NCBI RefSeq assembly: GCF_009914755.1
Contig: NC_060925.1
Strand: one strand, 5' to 3'
Source: the human T2T-CHM13v2.0 reference genome, Homo sapiens
Length of the DNA: 64,000 nt
Part shown: piece after piece, positions 37,401 to 50,001 of the stretch
Layout of the letters: each line of letters starts with the position of its first letter
How positions within the stretch are numbered: the stretch's first letter is position 1
Made by a program: the position numbers and the translations under genes
The notes under the pieces: generated by a model
The model's input: the letters and a program-made list of their open reading frames with translations, nothing else
Told to the model about the DNA's origin: nothing
Database searches by the model: none

Positions 37401-39358
37401 GGCTTGCTGCTGGCCCCCTCCCTCACTGCTGCTGGACTCTCCCCTTTGTGAAACCAGGTAAAGGTGAGGACGCTTTGGAGAATAAAAGTGAGTTTGAACT
37501 TGGTTGAAGTGCTGCGATGTGTGCACTCGTGTGAACCTGTTCCTCCAGCAGGGGTGTCTGCACAGAAGGACCTGGAAGGTCCACCAGGGTGTTTAGTAGG
37601 TGCTTTTTCCTGGAATTTGGGGTCCTGGAGCCAGGCTGGGGTGCTTTACAATGTCTCCTCCAATCAGCCAGGCAGTCAGATGGGGAGTTTTGTTTTTATC
37701 TCCTTGGCCTGTTTGGGAAGCTGATTGGTCAGTCCTCAGCCTCAGCCTTTGTGGGTGTTGTGCAGGGTGGGTGTGCAGGCTGCAGGTGCTCACAGGCCAG
37801 GCCCCGTGCGTGGACCACCAGCACTGTATCGTTGCTGTAGGCAGGGCCCGGGCCACATCATAAAGCCAAACCACACTGGGGTCTCCCCTAGCCTGCAGCA
37901 GGAGAACCACTTTGACCCCTGCCTTAGAGCTCAGCCCTGAAATAAAACATGAAATGATTGTTAGCTGCTCATTTCAAACTAGGAGGCACAGGTGCCAGAA
38001 TCTGTTCTGGCCCCTGCCACATGCAGTGGATGCCTCCCCTACTGCCTCCCCACACTCAGCCTCCCTGGGTCTCCTCTGTCCTTGCCTCTGTCCTGGGGTG
38101 GAAACAGCTGTTGGCACGTGCCACTTTTTTTCTTATCAGAGGCCTCCTAGTTCTTGCAGGGGGCTGGGGGCTTCTGCAAGTTCCATTCCCATCAGTCCTC
38201 TCATCTTCCCCTGTGTCAATCATGGTGTGGTGGGATTCCTGTGTGCCGGGCTCCGAGACCTGCATGTCAGGGGGCAGAGGACCTCTCCAGCTGCAGGATG
38301 CATGCTAGGGGCCCACCTGGAGGGAGACAGGGTCCCCGAGCTCTGGGTGGTACAGGCTGCCTCCCGCTGTGGCGAGTTGGGGCTCAGCAGCTCCACACAG
38401 ACTCTGTGTCCTCACTGGGGAGTGGTCCCTCGCCTGGGGGTCTGGACCATGGTGTCTAAGATGGCAGGAAAGCCAGAATCCAACCAACAGCTCACCCCAA
38501 CCCCCGCCGCTCTAGACATGAGGCTCAGGGCCTCCTCTCTGCACTGGCGCGGAGGTGCCTGTTCCCAGCCCTGTTTCACATTCGAAAGGCCCAGAAGAGA
38601 GGGAGGGAGGCTGCCAGAGAGGAGGGTTATGTAATTTTCTTTGCTGCTGTGAGCCTCTGCCTCTCTCTTTTTAATTCGGTAGTTCAAATGAAATTCGTTT
38701 CTCTAGTACCTGTGGCAGGCAGGACACTGCCAACGTTTTAGCGGAGGGAGGAAATGACGGGGTGCATACGTGAGGAACGGGCTCTGAATGTGACTGGGAG
38801 CTCTTGCCCGTGACATGGTTGAATCCCTGTATCTGATCCAGACCTGGCAGCCGGTATTACAGCAACTATGGATTTCCATAATAGACTTCACCATGGCTCC
38901 CGTAGCTGGGTCTCCCAGGGAAAGGGGAACGCATTGAAAAATGCCCAGACATTTCTCTCTGCCCAATGGGCTGTAACAGCCTCGTCAGAGAGGCTGGTCA
39001 TATCAGTCCGTAAAACATTTAAACAAAGACCAAAAATGACGCTCACCGGAGGAGCCCAAACGGTGACCGCAGGGTGGCTGCGGTCCTCCCCGGGCAAACA
39101 GGAAGTTGGCGTGACTGTCTCCGACGGCTCCGGGCATTAATCCTCATTTTACTCCCTGCTGCCCACCGCCTCCCTGGTGGAGCCGCGTCCCGGAATCTCC
39201 GCCGCTGCCCGGGCCTGTTTGGCCTCAGACTGTGCTCCCGAGTGAAGGCCGTGATGGGGAGGAGAGGTCTCGGCTATGTCAGCATCTCTCCGCAGTGGTG
39301 GCCTGAGAGCCCCTTCCAGCCTCACATCAGAGGGGCTACTGTCATCCCTGTCCCACGC

Positions 39359-39448
39359 GCTGCCTGGCTGGCCCAGCCCCTGTGTGTGCACAGGGCTCCT
39401 TCATGCTGCCCTGCTGGCCCAGCCCCTGTGTGTGCACAGGGATCCTTC
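39359..39448. repeat. Tandem duplication, 2 x ~46 bp
   Basis: gctggcccagcccctgtgtgtgcacaggg at 39367 and 39413. Confidence 0.85.
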
Positions 39449-42400
39449 GGGGTGCGGTTGCAGGGCTGTCAGGGGGACTGTCCCAAGGTCCCTGGGTCCC
39501 TTTCGGAGGGAAGCCTGTAATGCAGAGAGTGTCTATTGACTTGGTGAAAATACTGCTGCCTTAGGCAGCAGCAAGCCGCATGGAGCGGCCTGGCCCCAGG
39601 GACGTGCCACAGGAGCTGGCTTGCTGGGAGATTTCTGGCCTTCCTTGCAAATCACCCGCAGGCTCTTATTCCTGGAAAACCCGATGCGTTTCTGAACTAC
39701 TTGAAAACCAGAGGGTGTTTTCTTGGCCAGAGCTGAGACTGCTCCAGGGAGAAGTGGCCCCTCACATACCCCTTCATCTGGCTGGCATGTTGAGATTGTC
39801 TCCAGGGAGTGTGAGGACGTGTGTGTGCTCTGTGTCTGTGTACAACACACACACCTGCAGGCAAGCGTGCTTCTGAGGTTGGCCTGAGAGGGCCCGCCAA
39901 GCTACTCTGTTTTTGTTGATCAGCAACATCGCACACTTCCCTGCCCTCTTGTGCCTTGAAAGAGCCACTTGCCTTGGCTGCACCTCGGTCCTTAGCCCTC
40001 CGTGGTGCCAGAGTTGGTTGCCTCAGTAGCGCGTGCCCACCCGGCCCAAAGCTGTTCTGCAGCTGGTCACTGTGGGAGAAGAGACTGGAAAAGTTCAAAG
40101 GTGGAGAGGCGGCAGCGATCTGGAGCACTTTTCCGCACGCTGTAACCCCTGAGAAGAAACAAAGAGGAAACGAGGCTGTTTAGATAATCCCGGGCCCTGG
40201 TGCTTGCATTTAGAAAAATTAGGCCCTCTTGAAAAATTACAGAATTATGCTGCCAGTGTCAGGTTCCCAGATAATGATGTGTCTGTGTGTGAAAATATTA
40301 AATTGCAATAACACGCCGTGCGAGTGCCTCTCTGAATGGGGTATTCAGTTCCCAGCCCAGGCTGAGCGTACAGCGAGTGACTGACAGAATACAAATGGTG
40401 CCACGAAGCACCGGGGATTTACGGCCGACCCGCGCTTTCCGATCGGTTTCTCTACCCCGGCCCATCCAGCCATCCTTTTCTTTAATGAAACAGCCCGACA
40501 ATGTGGCTAATTATTTATTTATCACATTGGCAGGAGGAAAAGCTATCAGAGACAGATCGATTTTTCCCTGGAAGTGATTTGGCATGACTTTAAAAATAAG
40601 ATCTACTAAGATATGCTGGGTGGTGTCCTCTGAAACCCCAAATTTTGTTTCATCAACTCGGCTGACAATCCATTTTGCAAAAACGGGAGGCCCGGGCCCC
40701 TAAGCTTGCAGCCTGAGAAAAAGCAAACTTGAGCAAAGCCAGCTTGCTCTCCCCCTCGGACCGGGCAACTGCTCCTGGATTTCTGTTCCGAGGAACATGT
40801 TGGGCGGTTTCTTCTGGGCCGGGGAAATCTGAGCAGCCACAGGCGAATCTGGGACGATGGCAGATTGTTAATATCTCAGAGCCCCAGAGACTCGGCGTCT
40901 CCGACCCTGAGCCCACATGAGTAGCAGAACCCCGGCCCGAGCACCCAACGCTTCCCGGAGAGCTTGTGTGCCTGAGAGTGTGTGTGTGTAGAGGGGGTGG
41001 CGGGGCGGGGGGGGTCTGCACATTCCGCCGAGTGTCCTCATGAACAAAAGGCCTAAAAAAAAGCAGAGAGTAAGGGAGCTCAGAGAATCGGGGGGCAGAT
41101 AGCGTAGCCACGAGGGGCTCTCTGGTTTCATGGCTGGGAATCTGAACCGCAGGGCAGAGGCCCCGGAGTCTTAACTTTCCCTCCGTCGAAGGTGTTAGTC
41201 TTACCTTCCCGAGGTTAGATAAAGCCGCTAAAAGCTGCTGTTTGTTATTGAATCTCATCTGCTAATTACGGCGGCGGGACTTGGGTTCGAGGCCCCTCGC
41301 GGCTGTACCCCGAGTCCCCCGTGCTGGCACCTGATAAGGGGTCATTCTGTGCTCTTTCCAGAGGGTTTTAGGTTGCGTCCGCTCCTGACAGGTGACCCTT
41401 GTTCAAAGGGAACGAGGGGCTGGTGGCCACGGTGGGCGTGAGAGGCCCATTCCTGCAGCCTGGCCCGGCCGGCCCCTGGAGAGCCCCCTCCTTGTCCCAC
41501 CAGACCGAGCTGTGGCCGTGTGAGGAGCAGGGCTGAGGTGGGGAGAACGCCGACTTGCATTTTCTGACAGTCCCCAGCTCTCTCTGCAGAGTATAGGCTA
41601 CTGCTTGGCATCACCTACAGGGATGGCGGCGGCCAGGGTTGGTCTTCCTTCTGTGAGCACGGGGGGTGAGCAGTGGGCAGCTCCAGGAAGCCTTGCTGTG
41701 GACTGGGCAGGACAGCTGGACCTCCTGGCCACACAGCCGCTTCCCACCCCTGGGTGTCGGTCACTAGAGAGTGGGTAGAGCCTGGCCACAGGGCACGTGG
41801 GAGGCCCCCATGGAAGGCCCGTGTTGGGGGACCTTCCATGGGCAGCAGGGCAGCAAGGGAGACCACCTCCTTGCTGCCCTGACTAAACACCAGCTTTGCA
41901 AAAGCAAGACCCTGCCATCCCTAGCTCCCCTCACAGACCCAGAGGCAGAGGCCTTCAGGGCCAGCAGTCAGGATGGGCAGATGAAGCCACAGTGTGCCAA
42001 GGCAGCGGCAAAGCCCCCGTGAGCACCAACCCAAGCCTTGCACCCCTGACATGTGGAGGCTTCTGAAATTCCCTTGACGCCTCAAATCGAACACCGCCAG
42101 CCTCCAGCCTCAGAGGTGGCACCTGGCTTTCACTTCCCAAATGAACTGAAGCTCCACCATGTTAGATGACCTTGGACCAAACCACGGGAACTTGATGGGC
42201 AGGAGGCTGGCCCGGGGGCCCTGGTGTGACCAGGAAGGTGGGAGGCCCCCGCGGCCAGGCCCTCTGCAGTCAGGTCCTGTGCAGTCAGGCCCTGTGTGGT
42301 CTTCCTTGAGGGGAAGTTTTCTGTTCCTTGGGTTCTGCAGGAGCAGGCAGGAGGCCCTGTGGGTCCAGGAGGGCGCCTCGGGGTCTGCCTGGCCAATGTC

Positions 42401-45400
42401 AGAGGGGTAACGGCCCACCTGCAACTGGACTCAGCTGTGGCCACAGGATGGGGACAGGAGAGTGGCCACACGTAGGAAACCCAGGGTGAGGGACCTCAGC
42501 CTGCAGGGTCTGGGGACCATTCCCAAGGAGCCCCTGAGCTGGGCTGAATGGTGTTCAGAGATGGGGTTCCGGGGAAACCTCCCTCACCCCAGTCAGAGCT
42601 GAGGCTGGGGGTGCAGCTCCGAGGGTCACTCCTGGACTCCCTTGCTGGCATCCATGCCTCGGCTGGGTCAGGACAGAGCCGGGGTCAGGGGCCAATGCCC
42701 AGCAACCCCCTCCCCCAGGATCTGGAGCTGGACCTGGGGGGCTGGAGGCACCCTGTTGCCGCAGCAAGGAGAGGTGGGGTGCGCTTCATCTCAGCTGCCC
42801 CAGGGCTGAGCTCAGCTTTGCCCGCTTTGTGCGGAGTCCACCGAGGGGGCCTGGGGGACAGGCGAGATTGGAAAGCGATGGGGCCGGCGCCTGGGTGCCG
42901 CGTGGGAGCAAGTGCCTGTGGCCCCTGGGTCTGTGGCCGCTGCCTTCGCTTTCCCCTCATCTAGGACAGGATGCTCGGCCCTCCTGACACTTCTGGGACA
43001 GATGAAACACAGAGGAAGAGGTGGGGGCGCTGGAGATCGAGCCCCCCTGCTGGGACAGTGCACCCGGAACGCTCGCCTGTGGCTCTGATTATTGCTATTA
43101 TTGTCCTTAGGATCCAGGCAGTCAGGAGCTATTTTGGGGTTTCTGGAACTTTCACTGGCCAAAGACAGGCTTGTGTGTGTGAGAGCAGAGCCGGGCAGGC
43201 TCCTCTGGATGCGGCCTCCAGATTAAACGTCTCGTCCGAGACCACTGGATGAGCGCAGTGGCAATGGCTAGGAGACGCAGGGGTCGGGTCTCCTGGCTGC
43301 GCCCCACCAAGCAGCAACCTGGCGGCTGGGCCCCGGAACTGCACATCCCTCCCCATCATAGCCCTGTCCTGGACTGGGCGGCGCGCTCATTTCAAGGCAG
43401 TGCGGCCATCTGGGCTGGGCCTGGCGCTGGCGGGGCCTGCTGTGTGCCGGGCGGGCAGATCGTCCTGGGGCTGACCTGGAAGCTGTGCTGCGTTTATGGC
43501 CCAGGGAGACACCTTTCTAGGGTTGGGGGTTTCACCCACAGCCTGGGCTTCTTCATCATTTCTGTGAAGAGGCGAACCAAGGAATGTCACCAGCCTGCTG
43601 CGGAGGGATGCCCTGCAGGTCAGGACACACAGCGCCTGCTGTCAGGGGAGGCGGGTGTCAGCTTCATGCTGGGTGGGGAGGGTGGGTGCCGGAGCTGGAT
43701 CCTGCCCTCGGGGGTTTCCTGTTAGTTTTGTTCCAGGGGGTTGGGGGTGTTGTTTATCAGAGGGGCAGTTTCCACAGCTGAGAGGGGAAGAGCTGTTCCT
43801 CCTCACCCCACCATTATCCACCTGACCTTCCGACTGCTGGGATTGTGTCTGTGTTGTCATTGAGGGGACACCCTTTGGACTTGCCCAGGGAACTGCAGGA
43901 GAGAGGGGCTTCACCGTAATCAGCACATGGTGCCCACACACGCATGGAGCACGTGGTTGACACAAATGTGACTCCATGAGCTGGACTGGCTTTACCGTGG
44001 AGACTTATGCAGAGATCAGATCAGGAGACCCTGTTCGCGAGAGAAGAGAACAGGACCCTTGTTCGGAGAGATGTCCCTGGGTCTTGGCAGACCCACACGC
44101 TTGTGGAGGGAGCGAGAGGAGAGGTGGCTGGGGACGACCGAATCCCAGCGCTGCTGTGGGCTCCCTGGAGGAGAAAGGGCCTTGGTGTCTGCTGGGCCAG
44201 AATGCAGGCCTTTCACTCCTCTCCTTGCCTGGGACTGCGGTCCTGGCGGGCCCTGGGGCGTCTGGGGGCCTGTACCCCTCGGGTGGGGCAGGTTGGGCTG
44301 GAGCCCCCTGGATCTGGTGTCAGGCAGACCCAGAGGCAGGGCACAGGGGCCGCCTCTGGCCCTTTCAAAGGGACATTCGATCTGAAGCATGGGGCCCAGT
44401 AAGAAGATTCCAGGGAACACAGTGCTGATGGGGCCGAAAGCGCTCGGCGGCCGGAGAGAGCCTCTCCACAGTCTGTGCTCTGGCACGAGGCCCTTTGTGG
44501 GATTATCTGCCCCCCTGGGAGGCACGGAATGCTGGGGGCGAGGGGCCACAGCAATATTGAGCTTGCATGGGCCCCCGATAAAGCGGCTGCTTGCTGCAGT
44601 TGCTCTGTCGCCGAAATTCGAGGTGCAGCCCCAGAATGGAGGCCGCTGTCCCTGGACACTTGAGCCAGGGAGGCACCGTCCATTCTGCACTTGTCCTTGA
44701 GAATTTGAGTCGAGGCCACATCTGCCAGCGCTTATACCTAGGGCTCCCACCCGCTTCAAAAAACAAAGTGGGGCAGAAAAACGTCCAGAGAGGCCCAGGC
44801 AGCATCTTCCCTTCCAGCCTCACTGTTCTCGGGCGTCCCCCTTGGATCACAAACGCTGAGCCCTGCAGGCTGTCGGGGGGCAGGCCAGGGAAGTGATTCT
44901 TTGGGCCAGTAGCTCTCGGGTGCACACCTGGGGCTGGAGTTGCACAGCCTGTAGGTCCAGGGTGGCTGCCAGGTGGAGAGGAGCTCAGCCGCGCACCCTG
45001 CGGCAGGTGTTGCAGGCGGGCGGGTGCTGGGGGTTTGTTTCCAGCAGCTGGGATGGTTTCTGCCCAGCATCCAGCCCCTTTTCCTGCACCCCTTGGTCCC
45101 CAGCCGCACCTCTCTGTGTCAATGGACAGCCTAGGCAGCAGAATAGTTACTTCTCACTGCCCCAGGCTGGTGCCCAGGACCTACTCCGACCTAGAACGTT
45201 CGTGCAGGTGGAATCTGGACACCACCATGTGCAGAGGCAGCGCAGCCTTGGGAAGACCCGCCTGGCCAAGGCCTCTGAAGCCTGGGTGGGTGCTGGGAGG
45301 GTCTCAGAGTTTCCTAGAGCCACGGCTATGGGGGCCTTCGCTTGCTGGGCTGGGATCATCCCACAGCCAAGAACCAAGGTGCGGCTAGATACCCAGCAGG

Positions 45401-46540
45401 ACCTGGGGGACTACAGGGGCTCCGAGTCCCCTCACTGAACAAGCTGCCAACTGCTGGGACCTGACCCTGGGCAGCAGGGCCCCCCAGGGCTCCCCATTCT
45501 GGCAGCATCTGCTCTCTTGGTCTGGCTGGTAGTGGACAAGGGAAGGCTTTGGCTCAGGCCAACTTGGACTGAATCCTGGCACCCACTGTTCAAAAGCTGA
45601 GTGACCCCGGCTCCTCCTGGGCCTCTCTGAGCCCAGTGTGCCCATCTGCTGAGTGGGGTAATCCATCCTCGTGGGGCTGTGGTGTCATCAAGAACGGGTG
45701 GTCCCTTTAGGACGCCCAGCATCCTGCCCATGTGTGTGTCCTCCTGGAGGCCATGGAAGGGCTGCACTCAGGGTGGCCATGCCAGGTCTCTTTCTGCGGC
45801 CTGGGTTGACCTTCTGGGTCACAGGTCGGGTGGACAGCAGGTGGCCCTCAGCCAGGACTGCCTCCTACCAGGCCTACAGGGCCCCAGATGGGCACAGCTG
45901 TGGGAGCCCCACCCAGGCCTTGTCTCCCCAGAGCTGCTTGGCGTCCAGCAGGGCGCCCAGCCCTGAGAGTTGGTGCCCCACTCACGTGGGTTCACGTTGA
46001 CAGAGGGGAGGGACAGGGGCTGCACCTGACCCCATGCCCTGGTCTGGGCCATAGGCTGGGCACCTTCCTTTGGCCTAAGTCAGTCTCAGAATGTGTACAC
46101 AGCTGCAGGCACACAGACCTCTGATGAAGGTCACCATGGCCTGAGGCGGCTGGATGCTGGTCTCCTGCAAGGTCTCTGTTTGTCTACACACTCCAGGTCC
46201 CCTCCTCTCAGGGCAGGACAGATGGGGAACCTGAGGTTGCTCAGGGTGAGCTCGTGAGTGCGTGAGGCCTTAAAAACCATAAGGTGCTTGCCTGGCTGTG
46301 ACAGCCAGGGCGGCTGAGCCTGGCTCTGCCCTGGGCGCACCTGCTGCGACCCCCAGGCTCAGAGTCCTCTCGGCCTGCAGTTTCTGTTGCAGGCCAAGGT
46401 TCCCTGCCCCCGTCAAGTGATGCAGGGATGGGCTCTGAGTTTCTTGGTCAGGAAAGCTGCCACGGGGCTGCTACCCACATGCCCACCCTCAGAGCCTGTG
46501 CTGGAAAACGCCCGAGGTGTCGGTGCAGTGTCCTCCCTTT

Positions 46541-46600
46541 GCTTCTGGCCTCCTCCCTCCGCTACTGGCCTCCTCCCTCCACTTCTGGCCTCCTCCCGCC
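46541..46600. repeat. Tandem repeat, 3 x 20 bp (GCTTCTGGCCTCCTCCCTCC)
   Basis: Units start at 46541, 46561 and 46581. Confidence 0.9.
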
Positions 46601-47220
46601 GGGCTGCCTTGTCATCTGGATGCTTCCTGGTCCTGTCTGGAAGCACAAGGGCTGGGAAGGGAGGCTGGGGCTCCCTTCCCCCAGCTGCAGCAGCCAGACC
46701 CAGGCCCGGCCACTGACGCCCTCCACCGGAGAGTTTTTGGGTGGAGATTTTCCCAAGTTACTCCGCTGCTTCCTTTCGGAGCTAACGAGTGGTTCTTGGC
46801 GTCATCTGCCGGGGCTTGCTGTCTTCATTTCTTTATTTTTTTTGTGGAGCATGCCGTTAATTAGGCAAAAGATCTGCAGAAATGCGCTCGCGCCTGGAGA
46901 TTTCAGTGAAAAATGAGAAGTCTCCTGAAATTTCCAGTAGTGAAGCAATTAAGCGATGGAATTCCGCAATCTAAACATGGTATCACTCACCTCCAATGAA
47001 AGTTAGAAAAAGAAAAGAAGGAGTGAAAAGGAAAAAAAGGAAACAGAAAGCCTGAAGTCCAAGTGAGGGAAGTTCTCAGGCCAACAGCGACATGCTCGTA
47101 GTTCATATGGAAACGCTGCACGTGCTGCCGGCACTGTCTTCTTGGGATCACCTGTTCCTTTGGAGGTGAAGGGTTAACGTGAGGATTCTTTCAGAAGAGG
47201 CAGCCTCACCACGTGCTGGT

Positions 47221-47353
47221 CAGCCCCACCCGAGACCAGCCCCACCCGAGACCAGCCCCACCCGAGACCAGCCCCACCCGAGACCAGCCCCACCGGAGAC
47301 CAGCCCCACCTGAGACCAGCCCCACCTGAGGCCAGCCCCACCTGAGACCAGCC
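47221..47353. repeat. Minisatellite, 8.3 x 16 bp (CAGCCCCACCYGAGAC)
   Basis: Units every 16 bp from 47221 to 47348 plus a partial unit. Confidence 0.95.
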
Positions 47354-48358
47354 AGGGCCTCTCACCTTCACATCCCTCTACAGCAGCAAGAGGCCCCGTA
47401 ATCTTAGCACCCAGTGCACCACAGAGCACGGGCTGAGGAACGCGAGAGCAGGTGGACAGGAGTCCTGGACGTCCCACTCTGGATCGGCCGGCAGGAAGTT
47501 GTTCCTGCCTTGGGGTCAGGTTAGGTTAGGGTCCTTCCTTGTCTGTGGCGGGCTACTCAGCCCCAAAAGAGGAAATTCACATTTTTCTGTGTCTGTTGGG
47601 GGGAGTTTTTAGATCATAGGAGGAGATTGAAACCAACTTTGATTTCCCTATCCGCAGATGCATTCTTAGTCAAAAATGCCCAACGCACCCTGTTTCCTTG
47701 GACGTGACCAAGGAATGCCATGTCCAGATGATCAATCCAGGGATGGCCGGTGGCCCTCGCGATGGCTGGAATCACTCTTTTCAAAAATCACGTCTTGGTT
47801 GTGTCTGCCAGTACCATATTGTTTCCATTTTTACTCTTCTTTTTTTCACCACCTTGAGATGCCTTTGGACAACAAGTCTCTGGTTATTGACAAATCAATT
47901 TTCCAGGGAGGGAGGCACGTTTCTGTTTGTGCTCTGGGGTCTGGCCTCCTGTTTGTGGTTGAGCAAAGATTACACTACATTTCTCAGTGAGCTGTTTCCC
48001 TCCGTCCCCCGAGACACCCCTGCTCTTTGGCCTTGGTGCCGCCTTCTTCTTGCCCTCCTCATTTCACTGCTGTTTCTCTCACCTTCTAAAGTCAGCCAGC
48101 AGCCTGGTGGAGATTTATGAGGCCTAAACTTCCAACAGGATTGTCTATTTTCTACATTCTCCCTGTGCTGCTCCTTCGCCTGACCTCCACCGCTGCTGCC
48201 GGTGCAGCTTGCACACACAGGAGTTTTGTTTGGCTGAGAAATCTCCTCACCGAGGACGTAGGCAGGACTCTGGAGTTGCAGTTGCATTCAATCAGGGAGC
48301 TGGGGACCGGAGTCACTGGGCACAGTCTAGAAAGCAATAAAAATAATAATAATAATAA

Positions 48359-49134
<776 letters not shown>

Positions 49135-49964
49135 GAGATGCAGGGATTCTAATAGCTGCCTGGTACCTGGCCCCTTGTCGCCCCACCTGTCCTCAGCGGT
49201 GAGGGTGTTTTGCAGGCCTGGGCCCCTCCGACTCGACGTCTGAATGGAGATGGTGTCTGCACCAGCCCTGGCCCCTGCCTGGAGAAGGGGTGTGGACCCC
49301 GAAACTCCTTGCACCCAGCTCCCGCACAATAGGGACTGCTGGTAGCCCAGGCTGAGCCTCGTTTCTAAGAGACGTTGGGACCCCTGGGACCCACCCCCCA
49401 CCGGGGCTGTGACCCCATGCAACACAGCACCATAGCTGCCTCCACCTGGCTGCACCCTCCATGGTTTGGGAACTCGGAGCTGAGGGAGGCTGTGAGAGCT
49501 GGTTAGCAGGAGGCGGAAGCGGGTGGAAACTTCTCAGAGCACAGTAGCCTGTCAGCCTTCCCACGTGGGGAAAATAAACCCCCGCCAAGCATCTCCAGGC
49601 CAGAAAACCAATATTGTTTATTTGGGCCTTTCTACAATAGTGTTTCTAATTTAAACAGAAATGCCCCTGCCGGTGAGGGGCTCCCCGTGTGACTCGCTCT
49701 GGGGCAGCAGCCACTGCCGAGGAAGCGCAGGGAGCCTCTGGTCTGGCATTGTCGAATTTCCCTGGTCATTACGTCTCCTCCGGGCCGAGCCTGATCCAGG
49801 ACTTGCATCCCGAGGCCGGGTCTCCCACCCGCACCAGGGATGTTCCATTTGATTTAATGAAAATAGGAACACCAAGCTGGTGACTTGCTCCAACTTCCTC
49901 CGGCCGACCGACACCAGCTGCAGAGAAAGCTGCTCAGAACCACTGTGACCCAGCGTCTAAAATC

Positions 49965-50001
49965 CACTCATTCATTCATTCATTCATTCATCCATTCATT
50001 C
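49965..50001. repeat. (CATT)n microsatellite
   Basis: cattcattcattcattcatccattcatt. Confidence 0.85.

Noticed and set aside
47221-47353. CRISPR-like array
   Set aside because: Head-to-tail repeats without unique spacers, no cas genes, mammalian context.
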